Below, piece after piece: positions 47,458 to 56,233 of a stretch of 64,000 nucleotides of DNA (position 1 is the first letter of the stretch; each line of letters opens with the position of its first letter). Source of the stretch: Candidatus Latescibacterota bacterium (lineage in GTDB: Bacteria > Latescibacterota > UBA2968 > UBA8231); the NCBI GenBank assembly GCA_965248355.1, contig OZ252098.1:2336001-2400000 (forward strand), given 5' to 3'. The notes under the pieces are model-generated. The model searched no databases. It saw only the letters and a program-made list of their open reading frames with translations, and had not been told where the DNA came from. The position numbers were made by a program, and so were the translations under genes.

Positions 47458-48731
47458 GCCTCCTCGAACCACTCGCCGGCGGACGCCGTGAAGAACTCGT
47501 TGAGCGGAACCCCATCCACCCCGACAAGCAGCAGGCCACAGGGACTGAAGCGTTCCTCGAAGGCGGCCATCCCGGGCAGTGGCCTCCTGCCTCGCCGGGC
47601 CATCCCCTCCTCCCCGCTCTTCACCTCGATAGCGACAACCCGGCTCCCCCGCTTCAGCACGAAGTCGACCTCGTTCGACCCGTCCCGCCAGTAGTGGAGG
47701 CGCATGTCGGATTCGGCGGTGTTGAACAGGTGCGCGCCCACGGCGCTCTCAACGATGCGGCCCCAGAAGGTGCGGTCGGCCTGGGCCTCCTCGAAGGAGT
47801 ATCCCGAGCCGGCCGTCATCAGGGCGGTGTTGAGCACGTTGAGCTTGGGGATGGAGGCGCGCCTGGAGACGGGGCTGCCGGTGTATTTCTGCAGGCCGGC
47901 GAGCAGGCCGGCGCCGGCGAGGAGGTCGAGGTAGCGCGCCAGGGTGGTCGTGTTCCCGGCGTCGTGGAGCTGACCCAGCATCTTGGTGTACGAGAGGATC
48001 TGGCCGGAGCAGGCGGCGCCCAGCTCCAAGAGACGCTTGAGGAGGGCCGGCTTGTCCACGCGGATCATGGCCAGGAGGTCGCGTTCGATGTTCGGCTCCA
48101 CGAGGGCGCCGAGGACGTAGCCGCGCCAACGGTCGGGGTCACGGACGAGGGGGGCTGCCCCCGGGTACGCCCCGAAGTAGAGGTACTTCGGCAGGTCGAA
48201 GTCGAAGGCCGAGGACATCTCGGCGAAGGACCAGTGGGTGACGCGGATGGTCTCGAAGCGGCCGGCGAGACTCTCGCTCAGCCCGGACTGCATGAGCAGC
48301 GGCGCCGAGCCCAGGATGACCACGCGCAGCGGGCAGTCGCGGAGGCGGTCGGCGTCCCACAGCCCCTTCACGGTCTCCGACCAGTCCGGGATCTTCTGGA
48401 CCTCGTCGAGGACCAGCACGGCCCCGCGCGGAAACCGTTCCGCTTCGGTCCGGGCAGCTTCCCACTGACGCACCAGCCATTGCGTGTCCCGCTCCCGCTG
48501 CGAGGTCGCAGGGAAGGTCACCGCGGTCTCGTCGTACAGGAAAGGGGGGTCGGCAGGATCCGGTTCGTCGATGGCCAGGTAGCGGCTGGGCAGGTCGGTC
48601 CGCGCCAAGGCCTGGCGGGCGATGGTGGTCTTGCCGGTCTGTCGCGGCCCGAAGAGGGCGATGATGTGGCGGGGCGGCTCGGCCAGCCGCTTGACGAGGG
48701 TGTCGACCTGGGGGCGCTGGAAGGACTCCAT
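47448..48731 (-). CDS. AAA+ ATPase (AAA_14 + DUF4143 family)
   Basis: GPRQTGKT, LDEVQK, LGSA, LAGRFE, EVDFVL..IEVK; overlaps STAND start. Confidence 0.9.
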   Translation of the reverse strand: MESFQRPQVDTLVKRLAEPPRHIIALFGPRQTGKTTIARQALARTDLPSRYLAIDEPDPADPPFLYDETAVTFPATSQRERDTQWLVRQWEAARTEAERFPRGAVLVLDEVQKIPDWSETVKGLWDADRLRDCPLRVVILGSAPLLMQSGLSESLAGRFETIRVTHWSFAEMSSAFDFDLPKYLYFGAYPGAAPLVRDPDRWRGYVLGALVEPNIERDLLAMIRVDKPALLKRLLELGAACSGQILSYTKMLGQLHDAGNTTTLARYLDLLAGAGLLAGLQKYTGSPVSRRASIPKLNVLNTALMTAGSGYSFEEAQADRTFWGRIVESAVGAHLFNTAESDMRLHYWRDGSNEVDFVLKRGSRVVAIEVKSGEEGMARRGRRPLPGMAAFEERFSPCGLLLVGVDGVPLNEFFTASAGEWFEEAWA

Positions 48732-48742
48732 GCCCGGGAAAT

Positions 48743-48774
48743 TACGCTACTGAGTAAATTTACTCAATAGCGTA
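48743..48774. promoter_or_regulatory. 32-bp near-perfect palindrome
   Basis: TACGCTA-c-TGAGTAAA|TTTACTCA-a-TAGCGTA, 12 bp upstream of the ATG. Confidence 0.7.
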
Positions 48775-48839
48775 CATTCCCCGGGGGCTAGTGCGTGCCG
48801 GGGTGGGCTGACAGGGGCGCCGGATGGGGAGGAAATCCT

Positions 48840-49328
48840 TCACTGGCAGCCGTCGTGAAGCTGCCCCAGCACGCCCTTGAACTCCTGCATCTGCTGCTCC
48901 AGGAGCGGCCACACCTCATCCGCCTCTGCGAGGAGCCCGGTGCTGCGCTCCCAGCGCAACTGTCCGCCGCAGATGTTCAGGAACAGGTGCCGGAAACGCA
49001 GGAACGGCCGCAGCCGTTCCGCGAGGCGGGGGGTCAGGACCCGGGGACGGACCCCCTCGACTTCTTCCTCCATCCGGTTCAGGAGCTGGCTGTGCCAGTC
49101 GCCGCCCCGGGGCAACTCCCCGTCCAGCTCCAACGCGATGCGCTCGAAGACGCGCTCGACCCCCGAGTAGAAGTCGTGCAGGACGCTCGCCACCCCGCGC
49201 ACTTCCAGGCGGCTCGGTATTCCGCCCACGCCTCTCAGATCGCCTCGGGATTCCTCGAGCAGGCGCTCGACCTGCGCCATTTCCCGGTCGATGTCAGCCT
49301 TTAGAAGCAGGAACTTCCGGGCGCCCAT
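48840..49328 (-). CDS. HepT-like HEPN toxin (motif degenerate)
   Basis: LHDFYSGVERVFERIA..DWHSQLL..RFRHLFLNIC; overlaps MNT. Confidence 0.82.
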   Translation of the reverse strand: MGARKFLLLKADIDREMAQVERLLEESRGDLRGVGGIPSRLEVRGVASVLHDFYSGVERVFERIALELDGELPRGGDWHSQLLNRMEEEVEGVRPRVLTPRLAERLRPFLRFRHLFLNICGGQLRWERSTGLLAEADEVWPLLEQQMQEFKGVLGQLHDGCQ

Positions 49329-49689
49329 GGAGCAGCACTCCTTCCCGTTTCGTGCGGCGGACCAGCTCCGGCGGCGCCTCCTCGAGCAGGATGAGGTCGA
49401 CGTCCCGGCCGGCGATCTCCCCCGCTTCGGACAGGGCCTGGAGGTAGCGGTGCGAGTCGAGGCCCCACACGCAGAGGTCGATGTCGGATCCCTCGTGGAA
49501 GCGCCCGGTGCCCGCGACGGAGCCGATGAGATATACCTCGGAGGCCCCGAACCGCTCCGCCAGCAGCGCGGCACACTCTTTCGCCTTGGCGCGGGCTTCC
49601 GCAAGCGCCCGGTGCAGCTCCGAGGCCTCGCGGCGAAGGCGCTCCCGCCAGGCTTCGATGTAGGAATTGCTGTTCGTGTTCCGGCGCAT
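49294..49689 (-). CDS. MNT nucleotidyltransferase antitoxin
   Basis: VYLIGS..FHEGSDIDL..VDLI..REG. Confidence 0.88.
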   Translation of the reverse strand: MRRNTNSNSYIEAWRERLRREASELHRALAEARAKAKECAALLAERFGASEVYLIGSVAGTGRFHEGSDIDLCVWGLDSHRYLQALSEAGEIAGRDVDLILLEEAPPELVRRTKREGVLLHGRPEVPASKG

Positions 49690-49802
49690 GTCGAAGCGGT
49701 ATGCAAGTGGGGCAGTCTGGCCCTGCAAATCATGGTCAAAAAGGCCCGGGCGCGGTGGAATCGGGCCTGGGCCAGCCAGGGCCAGCAGGCTCATTTTCCT
49801 GA

Positions 49803-50021
49803 TCAGACCGTTGGATAGAGCACGTCAGCACCCAGAGCTCGGGCTGCGAACCTCAGGGCTGCCAGAACGCCTTCCCTGGTCAAACGGGGATGCGCCTCCA
49901 GGACTTGCTCGATCGTCTCGCCTGCGGAGAGCTTCTCCAGGATCAGCTCAACGGTGATGCGCGTTCCTGCGACGACGGGCTTCCCCATCATGACTGCCGG
50001 ATCGGATTGGATGAGTCCCAT
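49803..50021 (-). CDS. DUF433 antitoxin-like protein (orphan)
   Basis: DPAVMMGKPVVAGTRITVELILEKL..HPRLT. Confidence 0.9.
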   Translation of the reverse strand: MGLIQSDPAVMMGKPVVAGTRITVELILEKLSAGETIEQVLEAHPRLTREGVLAALRFAARALGADVLYPTV

Positions 50022-50046
50022 CGCCAGGTATCGGGCCGCGTCCGGA

Positions 50047-50409
50047 TCAGGCTTCGCCGGCCGTGCGCGGCTCCACCTCCCGCTCGATCTGGCGCCGGAT
50101 GGTGCGCTCGGCGACCTCGAGATCGTAGCGGGTCTGAAGGTTGATCCAGAAATCAGGCGTCACGCCGAAGTAGCGTCCCAGGCGCAGAGCGGTCTCCGTC
50201 GTGACCTCTCGCTGCCCCAGCACGATCTCCTTCAGCCGGGACCTGGAAACCCTGATCGCCTGGGCGAGGCGGTACACGCTGATCCCCAGCGGCTCCAGAA
50301 ACTCGTCGCACAGAATCTCTCCCGGGTGCACCGGGGGCAGCCGGCGGCCGGACGCCACATCCGAGAGATCGACTTCCCCTCGGTCCAAATTCCCGCGTTT
50401 GATGGGCAT
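50047..50409 (-). CDS. higA: HigA antitoxin (orphan)
   Basis: PVHPGEIL..EFL, TALRLGRYFG..FWINLQ..YDL. Confidence 0.9.
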   Translation of the reverse strand: MPIKRGNLDRGEVDLSDVASGRRLPPVHPGEILCDEFLEPLGISVYRLAQAIRVSRSRLKEIVLGQREVTTETALRLGRYFGVTPDFWINLQTRYDLEVAERTIRRQIEREVEPRTAGEA

Positions 50410-50428
50410 GCTTCTAAATGTAACCCCC

Positions 50429-53400
50429 TCACCGCACCACCACCGTCCCTCCCGCCTTCCGGCCCCGGAAGTCGCGGTCGTACATCGCCTCCACCTGGGT
50501 CGGCGGCCGGGCGAAGGTCCCGCGGGTCACGGCGTTGAGCTTGAGGACGAAGTCGAGGGCCTTGCCGCCGCGGGGCAGGTCGAAGAACCAGTCGGCGCGG
50601 TCGTCGCGCACGTCGAGGTACTCCTCGGCGTTGAGGCGCCACCCCTTCATCCAGGCGGGGCGGGGCCCGGCGCCCAGCCGGGGGCTCTCGATCTCCCAGC
50701 CCGCCGGCAGCATCTGCGTGAGGGCCACCTCCTCGAGGCCGTGGTGGCGGCTGCCGTTCTCCACGCGGATGTGGCACCAGAAGGCGGTTCCCTGGGCCAG
50801 GGTGTCGGGGGCGATGGCCATGCCGTCCTCGTCGAGCCACTCCACGGACAGCTTGATGCGGCCCTCCTCGTCCGGCACCTGCCCCCGCGGCGGCACGCCC
50901 TCCCAGTCGAGGGCGGCGAAGGCCCGCTCCACGGTGACGGCCGAGTCCACCCGCACCTCCACCTGGCCGCCGAAGCCGCCGGCGATCTCCACCTGGTAGC
51001 CCAGGCTCTCGGTGCGGAAGGGCACGGACTCGCCGCCGGGCAGGAGGATGGTGCCGGTGAGCGGCGCCGGGGACCCGTCGCCCTGCAGGGCGCGGACGTA
51101 CTTGCCCAGGGCCAGCAAGGAGACGCTGGTGGTCTGGGTGGAGTGCCAGCCCCGGGTGACGCCGTGGGCCACTTCCAGAGCCAACTCGTCGGCGGCTCTC
51201 CATCGCTGGAAGAGGACCTGGGTGTCGAGGATCAGGGCCTTGTCGCGCAGCCCCGAGCCGTAGGTGTTGCCCAGCTCCCGGTACTCGTCGACCTCGATCC
51301 CGGCGCCGCGGGCGATCTCGTCGGCCGTCCCCTCGATCCCCGCGAGCTGGTAGGCGGAGGCCAGCAGCCACTTGTCGAGGTTGGACATGCTGCCCAGCTC
51401 GTTCTCCTTGAGCAGGTTCATGGCGCCGAGGGCGGGGTCGCCGGCCAGGGCCAGGAGATAGACGCGGTAGACGCGCACCTTCAGGGGGTCCCGGGTCAGG
51501 CTGGACTGGGCGTGCTGATAGCGCAGCCATCCCTGGAGCAGCTCCTCGGGCACGTGGTAGCCGAGGGCGCGGGCCTCGATGAGGAAGTGCCCGGCCCAGG
51601 TGCTGCCCCAGGGCGAGGGCCGGCGCTGCCCCGGCCACAGGCTGAAGGAGGCGTCGGGCAGCCGGTAGCGGCGCAGACGCAGGATCGCCTCGTTGACGCG
51701 CTCGTCGACGTCGGCGGCGACGATGCGGCGCTCCTCCGGCTTCAGGTCGACCAGGTCCTTGAGGTAGAGCTGGGGGAAGACGGAGGAGACGATCTGCTCC
51801 AGGCAGCCGTACGGGTAGCGCATCAGGCGCAGCATCTGGTTGTCGAAGTTGAAGCCGGGCCGCCGGCGCACGCTGACCCGCGCCTTGTTGGTGCCCGGCA
51901 GGCCCTTGTCCGGCACGGTGAAGGTGACGGCCTCTCCGGGCCTCATCCCGCGCTCCTCGCTGTCGTAGACCACCGGCGACGAGGCCCGCACCTCGATGTC
52001 GGTCCGTCGGGAGGCCCGGGCCCCGGAAGCGGAGGAGGCCTCCACCACGATCGTCGCCGGGCCCACGGCCGGGGCGGCCTCCAGCTCGAAAGTGAGGTCC
52101 CGCTCCCCCGGGCCGCTGAGATCCACCTGCCTGCGCGCGGCACCGGCACCGGCCACGGCCAGCGGCCCCTCCACCTGGATGGAGACCTCCAAGGCACCCA
52201 GGCTGTCGGCCATGGCGAAGAGGGAGACCGGCACCTCGACGCGGTCCCCGGGGCCGATGACCCGCGGCAGGGTGGACAGCACCATCAGCTCGCTCTTCAC
52301 CTCCACCGTCTTCTCGGCGCGGCCGAAGCGCCGGCCCCGGGCGCCGACCGCCATGGCCCGCACGGCGCCCACGTAGTTGGGCATGACGAAGCGCACCCGG
52401 GCTCGCCCCGAGGCGTCGGTGCTCAGGGGGCCGGCGAACATGGAGACGGGAGGGAAGCGGCGGCGGCGGGCTTCCTCCTCCCGCCCGGCCCGCTTGGCGG
52501 CCAGGCCGCCCCCGATGGCGAAGACGCGGAAGGGGTCGCCCCGGGCGGCGCCGATGACGTGGGCGAAGAGGTCGAAGGTGCTCACGCCCAGCCGCTGCTT
52601 GCGGAAGAAGGCCTTCCAGGGGTCCGGGGTGACGAAGTCGGTCAGGGCGAGAAGTCCCTCGTCGACCACGGCGAGGGTGAAGGCGGCGGAATCGGCGGCG
52701 CTGACCACCTCCACCTCGAAGGGCTCGCCCGGGCGCAGCAAGTCCGGCATGTGGATGTCCAGGTCGAGACGGGTCTCCGGCTCGTGGACCTCGATGGGGA
52801 CGACGCCGAAGAGGCGCAGGGGCCGGTCGTTGCCGGTCTGGGCGTAGGGCTGGATGAGGGAGACGGTGGCGTACGCCGTGGGGACCATGTCGGCGGTGAC
52901 GGGCACCGGGATGCTGGCCTCCTCGCGGCTGCCGTCGAGACGGTACCAGCGGGAGTCCAGGACCCGTTCGCCCTGCTCGACGGAGAACAGGACCGAGCCC
53001 TCGCCGGGCACGGGGAAGCGGACGACGGCCTCGTCGCCGGGCTGGTAGCGCTCCCGGTCGGTCTTGAGGACCAGGACCCCCTCGTTGCCCTCGGCCGCCG
53101 GGGTGCGGCCCCAGGGATAGGCGCGCACGAAGAAGGCGGCGGCATGGCCCCGGTCGCCGCCGTCGGCGACCTCGATGAGGTACTCGCCCCGCTCCCCCGG
53201 CTCGAAGAGCAGGTCCACCGGGGTGAGGGCGGAGAGGATCCGCTCCTCCGAGACCAGCTCGGTGCGGCGGTCGCTCTTGAAGCGCCGGCGAAAGGCCTGG
53301 CGGTTCTCGTACTCCCACCACCAGTGGGTGGTGCCCCGGTAGACGCGGTAGCGCAGGCCGCGGCCGGCCACGGGGTTGCCGTCGACGTCGGTCACCATCA

Positions 53401-56080
53401 CGGGGATCGCCACCGGCGCCCCGACGCGGGTGTAGCCGTAGTCGAGGTCCGGCTTCTTCAGCCCCACGTAGTGGTCGTAGGGGTCGATGGGGATCCGCTT
53501 GCGGCCGTGGTTGGGGCGTCCCCCCTTCTCCAGCACCCGCGCCGCGAGCAGGGCCTGCAGGGCCGAGGGCGCCCCGGCCATCTCGGGCAACGTCCACTCG
53601 ACGCGGGCCTTGCCCTCGGCGTCGAGGGGGCCCTTGAAGATCACGGCGCTCACGGGCCGGTAGTCGATGGCCTCGTTGGTGAAGGTGAACCCCTGGTAGC
53701 GCGGGAAGCCCTTCGGCGCGCTCTGCAGCGAGACGCTCAGCTCCGCCTGCAGCCCGGCCGCCGGGGTGCCGAAGAGGTAGGCGCTGCGCAGTTCCGCCTT
53801 CAGGACTTCGTCCTCCCGGCCCAGGCGCTCCTTGTCCGGGGCGATCTCGGTCTTGAGCCGGTAGGGGACGACGGTCTCGATCTTGAGGACGTGGTCGAAG
53901 GTGCTGTCGCCGATGCGCACCCGGGCCCGCCAGTTGCCCGTGGGGTCCTCGACGCCGGTGGCGAAGGAGAAGCTGTACAAGCCCTCGCGCGCCCCCCGGC
54001 GGACCTGCTCGAAGACCATCTGGTTCTTGGGGTTGAAGATCCGGCAGGTGGCGGGATGGTCGTCGGGGAAGGTGTAGTCCGGGTGCCGGGCGATGACGGA
54101 GAGGTTGATCTCGTCCCCCGGCCGGTAGACGCCGCGCTCGGTGTAGATGAAGGCCCGGGGCCCCGGACGCGCCTCGGCGCCGCCCACGTCGAAGGTCGAC
54201 AGGTTCCAGGCCATGTCGCCGGGCTTGATCAGGCTGCGCTGCCCCCGGTGCTCGGCCTCGACGAAGAAGATCTCCTCGGTGACTCCCTCGAAGCGCGCCA
54301 AGCCGCGGCCGTCGGTGGTGCCCCGGCCGGCGACCTGGTTCTGGTAGGTGCGCAGGGTCACCTCGACGCCGGGCAGGGGCCGGGCGTCGTCGAGGCGGGT
54401 GGCGTACACGAGGTGCTGGTCGTGGCCGCGCTTGTAGGTCAGCCCGATGTCGCTGACGATCAGGGCCTTGGCGGCCCGGCCGTTGACGCGGACGTAGCCT
54501 CTGGCCGTCGGGTCGGAGTAGTAGTCGCGGCCCCGGCCCTGTCGGCGGCGGCCCTGGCCGTAGTGCCGGCGGATCTCCCCGGCGCCGGCGGCGGCGTTGT
54601 AGAGCATGTCCTCCTGGGCGAAGCGCAACTCCACCAGGAACAGTCCCCGCTCCCCCTCGGCGATGAGGGCCCCCAGGTCCAGCTCGTGCTCCAGCCAGGC
54701 GTTGCGCTGGTCGGGGATCTCGAGGGTGTCGAGGGCGACCCGCACGCCGACGCGGCGGGCGTTGTAGAAGGGGCGGCGGCGCTCCCGGCCGCTGGGCAGG
54801 CTCTCGCTCTGCAGGAACGGCCCCAGGTTGGAGGCGAAGACCTTCTTCACCTCCAGGTAGACGCGGCCCAGGTTGAGGGTGGCGAAGCGCAGCCGCCGGT
54901 CCCGGGAGGACGGCAGGAAGACGCCGTCGCGGGCGAAGCGCAGCTTCGGGTTGCGGTCGGAGAACCCGACCTCCCGCCGCGTGGCTTCCTTGGTGCGGGT
55001 GCCCCAGCGGCTGCGGATGCCGGGGTGGACCACCAGCTCGTAGCCGCGGCCGTGGGCGAACTCCCCGTCCACGAGGATCTCCTTGCCCGAGGCCTTCAGG
55101 CGGACCTCCGCCCCCGGCACCTGCACCAGCCCCTCCACGTCCTGGCGCGGGTCCAGCTCGTCGGAGAACACCAGCACCAGGCGCGGAACGTCTCCCGCCT
55201 CGTCCTTCTCCACCTTCTCCAGCCGCATCTCCTGCAGCGGAGCCAGGGGGATCTCCTTCTCGTACGGGTGGGAGATCTCCAGCTCCCCGTGGTCCACGGC
55301 GAAGACGTAGCGCTGGTCGGTGGTGTCCCGCTTCATGACGGCGCTGGTGAAGGTGAAGACCCGCCCCTCCTCGTCCGCCTCCCAGGCCAGGGGCAGGAGG
55401 TCCGCCCCCCGGCGCAGGGTCGCGGCCCGGCGCACGCGGTCCAGTTCCGCCGCTTCCGTCAGCTCGAGGCGGCCGCGGTAGATCAGGTACTGGGGGTCCC
55501 CGGCGGTGCGCAGGTCGAAGTCGCCTTCGAGGGAGAGGATCTCGCGGCCGGCGACGGTGAAGTCGAAGTCGAGGGGCTCGAGGTCGGGGCGGTCCGGCAG
55601 CAGGGCGGCCAGGTCCAGGCGGCCCCGGTAGGCCCGGCGCGCGGGCAGGGGCCGGTTGGGGCGGAAGACCAGGTCCCGGGTGCTCTCCCACCGGGCCGTG
55701 CCGTCGATGGGCGGGGTGAAGGTGAAGACCCGCTTCTTCAGGGGGTGGTCGAGGAGGCGGCCGTCGACGACGCGCTTTGTGAAGCGGACCTTGACGGGCC
55801 CGCGGGACGACACCGTGCCCGAGGTCACCGTGCTCACCAGCCGCGCCGTCTCGGGCGCTACAGCGGCGGGCAGGTCCTCCACCGGCTCCCGGGCGCAACC
55901 CAGGGCCAGGGCCGCGGGCAGGAGGAAGCCCCAGACCAGCGGACGAGTCCCGCACTCAGGACGCCCGCCAGCCCGGGGACCCGACCCGGGCCGCGAGAAC
56001 GCCGGCCTCGGAGAAGGTCGATGCCGCGGGACCTGCGGACCTCGGCCGCGGGCCTCCGGGACGATCCGTCGCTCGCGCAT
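50429..56080 (-). CDS. Bacterial alpha-2-macroglobulin lipoprotein (YfhM-like)
   Basis: RBS AGGAG/GAGGTG, lipobox LALGC, TERGVYRPG, LAVVDEG, thioester PYGCLEQ, DVRDDR, VEAMY. Confidence 0.93.
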   Translation of the reverse strand: MRERRIVPEARGRGPQVPRHRPSPRPAFSRPGSGPRAGGRPECGTRPLVWGFLLPAALALGCAREPVEDLPAAVAPETARLVSTVTSGTVSSRGPVKVRFTKRVVDGRLLDHPLKKRVFTFTPPIDGTARWESTRDLVFRPNRPLPARRAYRGRLDLAALLPDRPDLEPLDFDFTVAGREILSLEGDFDLRTAGDPQYLIYRGRLELTEAAELDRVRRAATLRRGADLLPLAWEADEEGRVFTFTSAVMKRDTTDQRYVFAVDHGELEISHPYEKEIPLAPLQEMRLEKVEKDEAGDVPRLVLVFSDELDPRQDVEGLVQVPGAEVRLKASGKEILVDGEFAHGRGYELVVHPGIRSRWGTRTKEATRREVGFSDRNPKLRFARDGVFLPSSRDRRLRFATLNLGRVYLEVKKVFASNLGPFLQSESLPSGRERRRPFYNARRVGVRVALDTLEIPDQRNAWLEHELDLGALIAEGERGLFLVELRFAQEDMLYNAAAGAGEIRRHYGQGRRRQGRGRDYYSDPTARGYVRVNGRAAKALIVSDIGLTYKRGHDQHLVYATRLDDARPLPGVEVTLRTYQNQVAGRGTTDGRGLARFEGVTEEIFFVEAEHRGQRSLIKPGDMAWNLSTFDVGGAEARPGPRAFIYTERGVYRPGDEINLSVIARHPDYTFPDDHPATCRIFNPKNQMVFEQVRRGAREGLYSFSFATGVEDPTGNWRARVRIGDSTFDHVLKIETVVPYRLKTEIAPDKERLGREDEVLKAELRSAYLFGTPAAGLQAELSVSLQSAPKGFPRYQGFTFTNEAIDYRPVSAVIFKGPLDAEGKARVEWTLPEMAGAPSALQALLAARVLEKGGRPNHGRKRIPIDPYDHYVGLKKPDLDYGYTRVGAPVAIPVMVTDVDGNPVAGRGLRYRVYRGTTHWWWEYENRQAFRRRFKSDRRTELVSEERILSALTPVDLLFEPGERGEYLIEVADGGDRGHAAAFFVRAYPWGRTPAAEGNEGVLVLKTDRERYQPGDEAVVRFPVPGEGSVLFSVEQGERVLDSRWYRLDGSREEASIPVPVTADMVPTAYATVSLIQPYAQTGNDRPLRLFGVVPIEVHEPETRLDLDIHMPDLLRPGEPFEVEVVSAADSAAFTLAVVDEGLLALTDFVTPDPWKAFFRKQRLGVSTFDLFAHVIGAARGDPFRVFAIGGGLAAKRAGREEEARRRRFPPVSMFAGPLSTDASGRARVRFVMPNYVGAVRAMAVGARGRRFGRAEKTVEVKSELMVLSTLPRVIGPGDRVEVPVSLFAMADSLGALEVSIQVEGPLAVAGAGAARRQVDLSGPGERDLTFELEAAPAVGPATIVVEASSASGARASRRTDIEVRASSPVVYDSEERGMRPGEAVTFTVPDKGLPGTNKARVSVRRRPGFNFDNQMLRLMRYPYGCLEQIVSSVFPQLYLKDLVDLKPEERRIVAADVDERVNEAILRLRRYRLPDASFSLWPGQRRPSPWGSTWAGHFLIEARALGYHVPEELLQGWLRYQHAQSSLTRDPLKVRVYRVYLLALAGDPALGAMNLLKENELGSMSNLDKWLLASAYQLAGIEGTADEIARGAGIEVDEYRELGNTYGSGLRDKALILDTQVLFQRWRAADELALEVAHGVTRGWHSTQTTSVSLLALGKYVRALQGDGSPAPLTGTILLPGGESVPFRTESLGYQVEIAGGFGGQVEVRVDSAVTVERAFAALDWEGVPPRGQVPDEEGRIKLSVEWLDEDGMAIAPDTLAQGTAFWCHIRVENGSRHHGLEEVALTQMLPAGWEIESPRLGAGPRPAWMKGWRLNAEEYLDVRDDRADWFFDLPRGGKALDFVLKLNAVTRGTFARPPTQVEAMYDRDFRGRKAGGTVVVR

Positions 56081-56233
56081 CTCACCTCTCCTTGTCAGGG
56101 GGTCCGGATGGGCAACTCGATTACAGGAGGCCCGTCCAGGCCTCATGATACACCGTGTTGCGGGCGATCTTCCAGGTGCGGTCCCCCGGGGGCGACTTCC
56201 GTCGGGCGCTCCCGCCGGCGCGGGCGGCGCCGG

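Noticed and set aside
3995..50428. Integron cassette array explaining the TA-rich interval
   Set aside because: No integron integrase, mixed gene orientation and no recurring attC structure; isolated GTTAGCC (26391) and TAAC (50421) lack partner boxes
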